NCBI GenBank assembly: GCA_934747965.1 | Contig: CAKVHI010000006.1 | Location: forward strand, 14,162-78,161 | From: an uncultured Clostridia bacterium | GTDB taxonomy: Bacteria; Bacillota; Clostridia; Christensenellales; UBA1242 | Reading direction: 5' to 3' | Length of the DNA: 64,000 bases | Shown: positions 19,453 to 29,135 of the stretch, piece by piece | Layout of the letters: every line of letters begins with the position of its first letter | Position numbering within the stretch: position 1 is the stretch's first letter | Position numbers and translations under genes: made by a program | The notes under the pieces: model-generated | What the model saw: the letters and a program-made list of their open reading frames with translations, nothing else | Told to the model about the DNA's origin: nothing | The model's database searches: none

Positions 19453-20347
19453 TATTGTTATCTCCTTTATCATTCAAAATTTTTAAAATATATTCAGCAA
19501 AAGTGTTATCACTTTCGTTTAAAAGATTATGGCGTTTGTTGTTAAAAATAATATGTTCGTTATTAATTTTCAGGTGCTTTAATTTATGTGCAAGTTTGTG
19601 AGTTTTAGAGCCAAAGTTTGTTATTACATCAAATTCTCCACTTGTTATAAAAAACTTTTTATTGGTGGAAATTTTTTGCAAATTTTTTCTTAAAAAAGTT
19701 TGAATATTTCCTTTATAAATGCTATTTAGAATATTTGCAGACAAGTTAAAATTGCAAAATTTATCATTTCTTATCTTTTGAATGTATGCTTTGTTTGTGC
19801 TTTCAAAAGCATTCTCTTCAAACTTTTTGCCATTATTTTTATTAATTGCTCTGTTAAGCCACTTTATTTCAGAGTTTTTGTTAATAAACACTAAAGTTAA
19901 TCGTGTTAAACACAACAAAACATAGTTTTTTACATTAAATTGTTCAAAATTTGTTCCAACCAAAAAGTTTGTTGTTGAAAAGTCAATAAACTGATTTGCT
20001 CTTGTAAGTATCGTTGAACCTATCCCAATTCCAATATTAGTTATTGGTAATTCATATTTTTTTGATAGATATTTGTTAAGATAAACCAAATCTCTTACAC
20101 AATCATTGAAAAAATTGCCAGAATAAGTGCCAAAAGGGTCTTTTGCACTGCTTTTGTGAGCACGAAGGTCATAAGTGAAAACATTATAACCATTTTCGTT
20201 CATAAATTGTGCAAAATTTTCATACAGACCTGCATATTCTTTTATGTCTGTAGAAATTATTATTTCGCCTTTTGGATTTTCGCAAATATATTCTTTAGCA
20301 TACAATAATTCGCCATCAAAACTTTTAATATATTTTTCATCTTGCAT
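19442..20347 (-). CDS. Alpha/beta-hydrolase fold protein (lysophospholipase-like)
   Basis: Length and layout fit the fold (..FTYDLRAHKSS.., nucleophile-elbow-like NIGIGIGSTI). It overlaps the downstream yqeY-like gene by 11 nt. Confidence 0.5.
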   Translation of the reverse strand: MQDEKYIKSFDGELLYAKEYICENPKGEIIISTDIKEYAGLYENFAQFMNENGYNVFTYDLRAHKSSAKDPFGTYSGNFFNDCVRDLVYLNKYLSKKYELPITNIGIGIGSTILTRANQFIDFSTTNFLVGTNFEQFNVKNYVLLCLTRLTLVFINKNSEIKWLNRAINKNNGKKFEENAFESTNKAYIQKIRNDKFCNFNLSANILNSIYKGNIQTFLRKNLQKISTNKKFFITSGEFDVITNFGSKTHKLAHKLKHLKINNEHIIFNNKRHNLLNESDNTFAEYILKILNDKGDNNNDL

Positions 20348-20446
20348 AAATTTATTATATCACAAAATTTTAAACAATAAAACAAAATAGAAACTTTTGC
20401 CAAAAAAAATATACATATAAAACAAAAAAATGCAAAAAATATTTTT

Positions 20447-21457
20447 ATGAAAAAATATATATCCTGTTTAGTTATTTTATGTCTGATTATTCTTTCGGGT
20501 TGCTTTGAAACAAATAATAATGCAATAGTTTCTAAAGAAGAAATGAAACCTCGATTGATTGAAAGCACAAATTACACGAGCACCACTGATATAGTTAAAA
20601 GTGTAAGTCCGGCAGTGGTTGGAATTTACAGCGAAACTTATTCATCGGGTTCTATCGGAACGGGTGTTGCTATAAGTAAAGGTGGCTATGTTTTAACAAA
20701 TTCTCATGTTGTTACAACAGATAATGTTACGCTTTATCTAGCTAGTGGTGAAACCTGCAAGGCAACACTAAAATATCGTGATAAAAGCCAAGATTTGGCA
20801 ATTTTAAAAAGTGCTATAGACCTTCCGTATCTTGAAGTTGCTAGCATTGGAAGTTATTTTGTTGGCGAAGATGTTTTGGCAATAGGAACACCTCTTGCTC
20901 TTCAATTCAAACATACAGTAACAAAGGGTATAATTTCTGCAACAAATCGAACAATAAGAGTTGATAACTCAGACGGCGCAACTCTTTATAATCTAATTCA
21001 ACATGATGCTTCAATAAATCCGGGGAATTCTGGTGGACCACTTATAAATTTAAAAGGGCAAGTGATAGGCATCAACACTGTTAAAGTTGAGGATGCGGAA
21101 GGTCTAGGCTTTGCAATTCCGACCGATACAATTACACCAATTTTTTCAAAACTTAGTGCAAACGGCGATTATAAACCTGCTTTTTTAGGTTTGAGTGGAT
21201 ATGATGCTAGCATCTTTAGTGGCAATCAGTTTGATAAAGGCGTGTATGTATATTGCGTTAAAGAAAACAGCAGTTTAAACAAAATAGGCATAAAAAAAGG
21301 TGATATAATCACCAAAATAAACAATGTTGATGTTGATAATATGTTGACTTTGCGAAAAATTTTGTATTCGCTTGATATTGGTCAAGAAATTACAATTCAT
21401 TATATTAAAGATAATTTTGAAAATGAAGCAAAATTAATTTTGTGCGAAAATTGTTAA
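20447..21457 (+). CDS. HtrA/DegP-family serine protease lipoprotein with a PDZ domain
   Basis: Lipobox LIILSGC. Catalytic triad contexts LTNSHVV, DLAILK and GNSGGPLINLKGQVIGINT. C-terminal PDZ-like GIKKGDIITKINNVDV. Confidence 0.85.
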   Translation: MKKYISCLVILCLIILSGCFETNNNAIVSKEEMKPRLIESTNYTSTTDIVKSVSPAVVGIYSETYSSGSIGTGVAISKGGYVLTNSHVVTTDNVTLYLASGETCKATLKYRDKSQDLAILKSAIDLPYLEVASIGSYFVGEDVLAIGTPLALQFKHTVTKGIISATNRTIRVDNSDGATLYNLIQHDASINPGNSGGPLINLKGQVIGINTVKVEDAEGLGFAIPTDTITPIFSKLSANGDYKPAFLGLSGYDASIFSGNQFDKGVYVYCVKENSSLNKIGIKKGDIITKINNVDVDNMLTLRKILYSLDIGQEITIHYIKDNFENEAKLILCENC

Positions 21458-21466
21458 AACAATATT

Positions 21467-21685
21467 CTACCTTTCAAGACCTATTAATCTATCAATGCTA
21501 ACATTAAAATATTGAGAGTATTTCACAAGAGTTATTAAGTCTGGCATATTTTGACCTGCTTCTAATCTAACAATCGAAGATTGTGCAATTTTTAATTCTT
21601 TAGCAAGTTTGTTTTTGGATAGATTTTTTGATAGTCTTAAATCGGTTATATATTCACTAAAATATTTTATTATTTCTTCTTCCAT
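21467..21685 (-). CDS. XRE-family helix-turn-helix regulator (72 aa)
   Basis: HTH_3 pattern LSKNKLAKELKIAQSSIVRLEAGQNMPDLITLVKYSQYFNVSIDRLI. Confidence 0.8.
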   Translation of the reverse strand: MEEEIIKYFSEYITDLRLSKNLSKNKLAKELKIAQSSIVRLEAGQNMPDLITLVKYSQYFNVSIDRLIGLER

Positions 21686-21694
21686 AATTTTATA

Positions 21695-21747
21695 TTATCT
21701 GTTTATAGATAAAAATACTTGACTTATCTATACATAGATAATATAAT
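21695..21747. promoter_or_regulatory. Two 18-bp palindromic operators plus a promoter in the divergent XRE/XRE spacer
   Basis: O1 is TTATCTGTTTATAGATAA (21695-21712). O2 is TTATCTAT-AC-ATAGATAA (21724-21741), with perfect 8-bp arms. O2 fills the 17-nt spacer between TTGACT (21719-24) and TATAAT (21742-47). Confidence 0.65.
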
Positions 21748-21754
21748 TATTAAC

Positions 21755-21961
21755 ATGGAAATCAATTATCAAACGCAATATATTGAAGAATTTATCAAAA
21801 AAAACAAATTAACAAAAAAAGAATTTGCAAAAAAGGCAGAAATATCTGATTATATGCTAAATCAAATTTTAAACAAAAAAAGTGTGGGAAGTCGTTTTTT
21901 GGTTAAAGTGCTAAAAACAATTAATTTGTCCTCAGACAAATTTTTGTTAGTAAAAAAGTAA
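21755..21961 (+). CDS. XRE-family helix-turn-helix regulator (68 aa)
   Basis: HTH pattern LTKKEFAKKAEISDYMLNQILNKK. ATG 21755 lies 7 nt after TATAAT with no SD, so it is probably leaderless. Confidence 0.65.
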   Translation: MEINYQTQYIEEFIKKNKLTKKEFAKKAEISDYMLNQILNKKSVGSRFLVKVLKTINLSSDKFLLVKK

Positions 21962-22033
21962 CTACAATATATTTTGTAAAAATTTGTATTCTTACTTGAC
22001 AAATAAAAAAAATATGGTTATCATAATGTGATT

Positions 22034-22987
22034 ATGAGTTTTTTTGAGGGTTTATGGGAAGCATTTAAAGATGCTTCAGTTGATTGTTTAAAGTTGTTAC
22101 CAATTTTGTTTTTAGTGTATTTATTAATAGAATATCTTTCTCACAAAAAGGAAGAAAAGTTTGTTAATCTTTTAAGTAAAAACAAAAAAACAGGGGTTTT
22201 GATGGGGGCTTTATTAGGCTGTATTCCTCAGTGTGGTTTTTCAACTGTTATGGCGGACATGTTCAATCATAAATTGATTGGAATTGGAACATTAATCGCG
22301 GTTTTTGTTGCCACAAGTGATGAGGCAATTCCTATCATGATAAACTATCCAAACCAAATTTTAAACATTTTAATGCTTGTTGGAATTAAATTTTTGCTAG
22401 CGCTTGTTTGGGGTTATTTGTTTTATTTTGTTTATTCATTAATAAGCAAGGCAGAACACAAAAAAGTGAACCTTGCTCAAACGGGGGCAAGTATAAATAC
22501 GCAAGAATATTTGCACAACCATGAATGTTTGATTGATGAAAAGCATATTCATCATCATGAGCATGACCACGACTTAAACAAGCCTTGTGATTGTTGCACC
22601 GATAACATTTTTTTAAGTGCATTAAAACATAGTTTGATGATAGCATTATTTGTTTTTATTGCAAATATGATTATTAATCTAATTTTTGTTTTTGTGGGTG
22701 AGGAAGTTTTGATTAACGCTCTAATGGTTTCACCTGCTCTTCAAATTTTGTTAAGTCCATTAATTGGAATGATTCCAAATTGTGTTTCAAGCGTAGTTTT
22801 GATTGAATTATATTTGAATGGTGCACTAATTTTTCCAGCATTGATTGGTGGTTTAAGTGCTGGAAGTGGGGTTGGACTTATAGTGTTGTTTAAAAACGCA
22901 AAAAACTTAAAACAAAATTTGTTGATTTTGTTATCGCTTTATCTAATAGGTGTTTCAACGGGATTTTTGTTAACGATATTTTTCTAA
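22034..22987 (+). CDS. Polytopic permease with a His/Cys-rich loop (putative metal-ion transporter, ArsP_2-like)
   Basis: About 8-10 TM helices. GCIPQCGFS and ATSDEAIPIM motifs recalled from the putative heavy-metal/manganese exporter family. Central loop HNHECLIDEKHIHHHEHDHDLNKPCDCC. Confidence 0.5.
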   Translation: MSFFEGLWEAFKDASVDCLKLLPILFLVYLLIEYLSHKKEEKFVNLLSKNKKTGVLMGALLGCIPQCGFSTVMADMFNHKLIGIGTLIAVFVATSDEAIPIMINYPNQILNILMLVGIKFLLALVWGYLFYFVYSLISKAEHKKVNLAQTGASINTQEYLHNHECLIDEKHIHHHEHDHDLNKPCDCCTDNIFLSALKHSLMIALFVFIANMIINLIFVFVGEEVLINALMVSPALQILLSPLIGMIPNCVSSVVLIELYLNGALIFPALIGGLSAGSGVGLIVLFKNAKNLKQNLLILLSLYLIGVSTGFLLTIFF

Positions 22988-23023
22988 AATTACACACAAA
23001 ATTGATTATTGCTTAAAATTGAA

Positions 23024-23056
23024 AATAGTAGCATTTATTTGGCTACTATTTTTTTA
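23024..23056 (+). terminator. Intrinsic terminator
   Basis: AATAGTAGC-atttatttg-GCTACTATT plus a T-run. Confidence 0.75.
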
Positions 23057-23085
23057 AAATTATCTATTTTTTATGGTAAAAACTA

Positions 23086-23114
23086 TTGCAATGGAAAAAA
23101 TTATTTGATATAAT
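23086..23114 (+). promoter_or_regulatory. Sigma-A-type promoter of the DAC-like/RHH operon
   Basis: TTGCAA (23086-91), 17 nt, then TATAAT (23109-14). A strong SD AAGGGAGGG follows. Confidence 0.6.
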
Positions 23115-23136
23115 GAAAAAATAAGGGAGGGAATTC

Positions 23137-24213
23137 ATGGAAGAACAAAAAATTGAGAAAAAAGAAGAAAATATTTTTTATCTTGAAGCCAAAGATTGCT
23201 TGGATGAATTTATATTAAATGAATTTCCTGATTTTTCAAAAAAACTTCAAAATCACCTTGTAAATTTTATTCCTTCAATGGGTAATTATGAGGAAGAAGG
23301 TGTAAAATATCGTCCTGTGTTGTTATTTACAAATGATATTTCAACCATTGCAAAAACAATTCCAAATTCATATAAGGTTGCCATGTTTGATGATGAAAAT
23401 GAGGCATTATTTTCTCAAAGAATGAAAAGTTTGAGTGTGTTTTGTAAAAATGATTGGTGTATTTATGTTCAGCAAAAAGACAATATGTTTCAATATGGCT
23501 TAATTAAAGCAACAAATTCAATTAAAGAACGCAATTTTCAAGCGCTCGTTGGATTAAGTGAAACATTGAAAGAAAAAACAAAAATTTACAGTTTTTTTGT
23601 TTATGCTTTAAACAATTTTACGATTAGATTAAAGAGTAAATCTGGAAATAAACTTAACATTAATTTTTCACTAGAAACAAAAAAAATAACAAGTTGGACG
23701 GAAGAAATTTCTGAATTTGTTGATGCGAGTTTTTCTAAACTTAGAACAACTAAGAAAAAACTTGGCGAAGTTAAAACAATGTTTTATAATATTTTTGATA
23801 AAGCAATTAAAAATGTATCTGGTGCTATTTGTGTTGTGGTCGACAAAGATTATGTAGACAAAGGTTTTTTAAGTGATGGAATTTGGCTTAGTGAACCTAT
23901 TGAATTTAACAAATTATTTTTGCAAACTAAGTGCTATAACGAGCAAAAATTGTTGTCTATATGTGAATTATTTATTTCAATGCTAAATTATGACGGAATA
24001 ACTGTTATTGACAATCTAGGCAGAATTAGGGCGTATAATTGTTTTGTTGAAACTTCAATGAATAATGAGAAAAACTTGCTTGGCGGTGCCAGAAAGCGTG
24101 CGGCATACACAATTATAAACACAAAGATTAAAAAGATAGTGGGTGTATATTTTCAATCTCACGAAGGCGAAATGTTCTATATCCCAGTAAGAAAAAACAA
24201 AGGAAAGATTTAA
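23137..24213 (+). CDS. Cytosolic protein with a C-terminal divergent diadenylate-cyclase (DisA_N/DAC)-like domain
   Basis: The C-terminal roughly 140 aa align motif by motif with the CdaA/DisA DAC domain. SGAICVVV matches GALIVI, YDGITVID matches HDGAVI, and GRIRAYNCFV matches IAAAACYL. LLGGARKRAAYTI matches LGTRHRAAxGI, and VGVYFQSHEGEMF matches IIVSEETGxIS. No TM helices. Confidence 0.55.
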   Translation: MEEQKIEKKEENIFYLEAKDCLDEFILNEFPDFSKKLQNHLVNFIPSMGNYEEEGVKYRPVLLFTNDISTIAKTIPNSYKVAMFDDENEALFSQRMKSLSVFCKNDWCIYVQQKDNMFQYGLIKATNSIKERNFQALVGLSETLKEKTKIYSFFVYALNNFTIRLKSKSGNKLNINFSLETKKITSWTEEISEFVDASFSKLRTTKKKLGEVKTMFYNIFDKAIKNVSGAICVVVDKDYVDKGFLSDGIWLSEPIEFNKLFLQTKCYNEQKLLSICELFISMLNYDGITVIDNLGRIRAYNCFVETSMNNEKNLLGGARKRAAYTIINTKIKKIVGVYFQSHEGEMFYIPVRKNKGKI

Positions 24214-24214
24214 T

Positions 24215-24526
24215 ATGAAAAACTATAAACAATGTCAATTTAATATCTCTTCAGAAGAATTAGACAGACTTAATGAAATTTGCACTAAATTTAATCTTAA
24301 GCAAGCGCAAGCGATTGAAAAATGCGTTAAGAGTTATTTAAACGGCGAATTAGAAGAAAAACTTTATAGTGAAGTTAATGTTGAAGGCTGGTCTAAAAAA
24401 ATTATAAACATAGAAGAAGAAACTTATAATCTTTTTATGCAAGAAGCAGATTTTCGTTGTCGAACCTTGGTGTCGTTAATAAGATATTCAATAAATGCTT
24501 TTTATGAGCACGAATTTATGTTATAA
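24215..24526 (+). CDS. Tandem ribbon-helix-helix (CopG/Arc-like x2) protein
   Basis: Two RHH-like units: QFNISSEELDRLNEICTKFNLKQAQAIEKCVKSYL and KIINIEEETYNLFMQEADFRCRTLVSLIRYSINAFY. The ATG lies 1 nt after the upstream stop, so it is translationally coupled. Confidence 0.5.
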   Translation: MKNYKQCQFNISSEELDRLNEICTKFNLKQAQAIEKCVKSYLNGELEEKLYSEVNVEGWSKKIINIEEETYNLFMQEADFRCRTLVSLIRYSINAFYEHEFML

Positions 24527-24530
24527 ATCA

Positions 24531-24562
24531 AAACATAGTTAAACTTTTAACTATGTTTTTTT
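24531..24562 (+). terminator. Intrinsic terminator
   Basis: AAACATAGTTAA-actt-TTAACTATGTTT plus a T-run. Confidence 0.8.
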
Positions 24563-24611
24563 AATTTCTAATCAAAATAGTAATGAAATCTATCATCAAA
24601 ATGTTTTTTAT

Positions 24612-24637
24612 AAAAAAAGAGTGCTATAGAGCACTCT
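24612..24637 (-). terminator. Intrinsic terminator of the 24654..25289 gene
   Basis: AGAGTGCT-atag-AGCACTCT, with the T-run on the minus strand (plus-strand A7 at 24612-18). Confidence 0.75.
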
Positions 24638-24653
24638 CTTTAGTTTTATTTTA

Positions 24654-25289
24654 TTAAACTGGATATATTGGCAAGTCAAAGAACCCCGGACAAACATCGT
24701 TAGTACTGTAGTCTTGGCAAGGCGGAATAGGACAATAGCCATAGCTTGGAACCAAAATATTTGTGTTTACAATAACCCTTAATATAATTTGGATGCAAGC
24801 ATCGCAACTGAATGTGTTATCGCCAAGATAAGTAGCATCTGCTATTGCAAGACCAGCAAACACATCAATAGTGAATGGAACTACTGAAGGTTGAGGGACA
24901 AATAAAATTACATCTTGGTTGAAAGATAAAACTGTTGTTCCACTGCCTTCTTTTCCTGTGCTGTCTGTAAAGTTTACAATGATTGGCACATTAACTGTTC
25001 CGCTAACTCGTGCAAAATTTGGTCTGTCTGGAAAACGGTCAATAACTAAGTTAGAAAAATATGCGTCCCCATTAGTTTGTGCACTAACAAAAGTATAAGG
25101 CTCAACTAAGTCTTGAGGAGTGATATTTGTTAAAGTAAATGTTAAACCTGTTTCTGAGATTTGTTTTCGGCAACTGTCAAAAACTTTGTTAGTTTGTATA
25201 CAAACTCTTTCGCATAAACCGTTTAATGGATTTCCCGTGATAGGTCCTGGACATCTGTTGTCTGCTTTAGTGTTTGAAAAAAATGACAT
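24654..25289 (-). CDS. Hypothetical Cys/Pro/Gly-containing protein (211 aa), probably highly expressed
   Basis: Strong SD (GGAGG) and a dedicated terminator. Ten Cys residues, including NRCPGP, GLCERVCIQT, DSCRK, SCDACIQ, GYCPIPPCQD and DVCPGF. No family recognised with confidence. Confidence 0.6.
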   Translation of the reverse strand: MSFFSNTKADNRCPGPITGNPLNGLCERVCIQTNKVFDSCRKQISETGLTFTLTNITPQDLVEPYTFVSAQTNGDAYFSNLVIDRFPDRPNFARVSGTVNVPIIVNFTDSTGKEGSGTTVLSFNQDVILFVPQPSVVPFTIDVFAGLAIADATYLGDNTFSCDACIQIILRVIVNTNILVPSYGYCPIPPCQDYSTNDVCPGFFDLPIYPV

Positions 25290-25381
25290 ATGTATTTTTA
25301 CCTCCTATATTTTATGATATTCAATGTTTTGCTTAATTGTTACAGATAAAATAAAAACGAACAAAATTTATTAATAAGTTT

Positions 25382-26158
25382 TTAAAATAAATGAAATAAA
25401 AATTGATTTAATATCAAAAATATAGAAAGAATGATTAAGTAAATTGCAAAATAAGAGTAAGTATTATTTTTTATTATTTTTATCATAAATTTTATAGAGA
25501 AAATTCCAAACAATAAGCTTGCCAAAAATCCCGTCAAAATTTGCCCAAAACCAATCGAAGAAAGGGTTATAGGGGAAAATATTAACTCATACAACAAACT
25601 TGCTAAAATGATTGGAATAGACAATAAAAATGAATATTCTAAAGCTTCTTCTTTCTTTACACTCAAAACAAGAGCCGAAGTTGTTGTGCTTCCACTTCGA
25701 CTTAATCCCGGAAAAATTGCTAAGCCCTGAAATATGCCCATAACAGAAATTAAAGAATAATTCATGGTTTTGTAGTTTTTATATTTTTTGCTACAATAAT
25801 CTGCAATAATCAGTAACAGACTCGTTGCCAGAAATCCAACAAAAAGCAAACTTCCAGAAAAAGCATTTTCGAAAAAGTCTTTAAATAACAAGGCGATAAT
25901 GAGTGTAGGAATTGTACCAACAACCAAAAATCTCATCTTTTTAGAAAAAGGATGCTTTATTAAGTCTATTAAACTTTTTCTGTAAACAATTATAACAGCA
26001 AAAAGCGTTCCTAGATGAAGAATTATATCAAACAAAATAACATCACAAGATATTCCAAATATGTTTTGAAGCAAAACTAAATGTCCGCTAGAACTGACTG
26101 GTAAAAATTCGGTCAAACCTTGCATTATACCTAAAATTAAAGCAACAATTAAACTCAT
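25382..26158 (-). CDS. uppP: Undecaprenyl-diphosphate phosphatase
   Basis: GLTEFLPVSSSGHLVL and PGLSRSGST motifs, with eight hydrophobic segments. Confidence 0.9.
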   Translation of the reverse strand: MSLIVALILGIMQGLTEFLPVSSSGHLVLLQNIFGISCDVILFDIILHLGTLFAVIIVYRKSLIDLIKHPFSKKMRFLVVGTIPTLIIALLFKDFFENAFSGSLLFVGFLATSLLLIIADYCSKKYKNYKTMNYSLISVMGIFQGLAIFPGLSRSGSTTTSALVLSVKKEEALEYSFLLSIPIILASLLYELIFSPITLSSIGFGQILTGFLASLLFGIFSIKFMIKIIKNNTYSYFAIYLIILSIFLILNQFLFHLF

Positions 26159-26259
26159 AATGCTATTTTATTCACAATAATAATTAATATGAAGCAATCG
26201 CTTTGTTTTTTTAAATCAAATTTGCTTTCTCATGACTTTTGATAATTTTAACAAAACTA

Positions 26260-26287
26260 TTGACATTTTTTTGTTTTGTGGTATACT
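26260..26287 (+). promoter_or_regulatory. Sigma-A-type promoter
   Basis: TTGACA (26260-65), 16 nt ending in TGg, then TATACT (26282-87). Confidence 0.6.
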
Positions 26288-26306
26288 TTTGATAAAGGAT
26301 ACGAGT

Positions 26307-26867
26307 ATGAAAAAAGTAATAAAAAATCAAACAAAGTCAAATCAAATTAACAAAAAAACAAATCAAACAAAAAAGCAAGCCATTAAAGCAACAAACAGAC
26401 CTCAAAAACAAGAGAAATTTACAAAAATTCAAATAGTTTCTTTTGTTAGAGAATTAAAGAAACAATTTAAAAAATATAAAAATATTGAAAAATTAACTGT
26501 AATTGACACTGTTGAATCAGGGCTTCCAAAAATGAAAACCGATGAAAAATATTTTCTTTGTGCAAATCAAAATGGAAGGCCAGTTGTAAAAACAGGCTTT
26601 ATGCTTAATTATGGCTATAAAAAACTTGCAAGTGGTTGCTTTGTTCCTGTTGATAGACCTGCTGTTTTGGCACTAAGAACTTCAAAAAATATTGAATTTT
26701 CAGATTCTTTTGGTGCAAACACAAAACTTAGAGCAGGAGATTATGTTGTGGTTTACAATAAAAATATAATTGGTATGAAAAAATCAGAATTTGAAGAAAA
26801 TTATAAACCAGACAAAACTGCAAAATCTATTTTAAATTCTTATGAAAATCGAGAAAAAACTTTATAG
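26307..26867 (+). CDS. Hypothetical protein with a Lys/Gln/Thr-rich N-terminus
   Basis: ATG 26307 is preceded by AAAGGA. The C-terminal half contains ...LRAGDYVVVYN..., weakly reminiscent of the PGDYG motif. The track's start at 26232 precedes the promoter. Confidence 0.5.
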   Translation: MKKVIKNQTKSNQINKKTNQTKKQAIKATNRPQKQEKFTKIQIVSFVRELKKQFKKYKNIEKLTVIDTVESGLPKMKTDEKYFLCANQNGRPVVKTGFMLNYGYKKLASGCFVPVDRPAVLALRTSKNIEFSDSFGANTKLRAGDYVVVYNKNIIGMKKSEFEENYKPDKTAKSILNSYENREKTL

Positions 26868-26885
26868 TTTTTTGTTAATAAAAAA

Positions 26886-26915
26886 AGTTGAAGCGTGTTG
26901 CTTCAACTTTTTTTC
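26886..26915. terminator. Bidirectional intrinsic terminator (serves groEL on the minus strand)
   Basis: AGTTGAAGC-gtgtt-GCTTCAACT flanked by an A-run and a T-run. Confidence 0.8.
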
Positions 26916-26973
26916 AAAATATAAACATTTAAAAATTTAATAATAATAAAATAAAAGAAAAATTGTTATTTTT

Positions 26974-28632
<1,659 letters not shown>

Positions 28633-28647
28633 CTAATTTTTGAATAA

Positions 28648-28935
28648 TTAATCTTCAATAACAGCCAAAATATCTGCTTGACGAACAACAACAAATTCTT
28701 CGCCATCAATTTTTATATTGCTTCCAGCATATTTGCTAAAAACAACTTTGTCGCCAACTTTAACTACCATTTTAACATCTTTTCCGTCAACAAAACCGCC
28801 TTCGCCCACGCTGATGACTGTTGCAATTTGTGGTTTTTCTTTGTCAGACACAGGCAAAAAAATTCCGCTGTTAGTTGTTTCACTCATTTTTTCTTCTTTC
28901 AAAACAACTTTGTCAAATAAAGGTTTTAATTTCAT
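28648..28935 (-). CDS. groS: Co-chaperonin GroES
   Basis: MKLKPLFDKVVLK...GIFLP...VISVGEG. Start at the ATG preceded by GGAGGG; the track's start is 5 codons upstream. Confidence 0.95.
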   Translation of the reverse strand: MKLKPLFDKVVLKEEKMSETTNSGIFLPVSDKEKPQIATVISVGEGGFVDGKDVKMVVKVGDKVVFSKYAGSNIKIDGEEFVVVRQADILAVIED

Positions 28936-28952
28936 AGTCCCTCCTATCAAAA

Positions 28953-28994
28953 ATTATAAATATATTTTTTTTAATTGTAAAGAATTAGTGCCAA
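28953..28994 (-). promoter_or_regulatory. groESL promoter with an upstream TTGGCACTAAT box; no full CIRCE
   Basis: On the minus strand: TTGGCACTAAT (28994-28984), tc, TTTACA (28981-76), 17 nt, then TATAAT (28958-53). Confidence 0.6.
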
Positions 28995-29135
28995 CTTTTT
29001 TTAATTTTTTGCTTTTTTGTCAAAATTTTTAAGATATTTTTTTATTTAGGTGTTATTTTATTTTTTTAAAAAATATATTATAGAAAACTAAAATTTTTTT
29101 ATTGTTAACTAATATTAAAAATTAAAGGAATAAAT

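Noticed and set aside
20260-20568. 102-aa minus-strand ORF spanning the hydrolase/htrA spacer
   Set aside because: It overlaps the 5' ends of two well-supported genes and the promoter region. It has no RBS and an implausible hydrophobic or low-complexity product.
24618-24637. CIRCE-like arms in AGAGTGCT-atag-AGCACTCT
   Set aside because: The arms are in the wrong relative order and spacing for CIRCE (TTAGCACTC-N9-GAGTGCTAA). The hairpin sits right after a stop codon with a T-run, so it is an ordinary terminator.
28678-29032. Plus-strand ORFs (28678..28920, 28718..29032) antisense to groES
   Set aside because: They overlap groES and its promoter. They are antisense artefacts.
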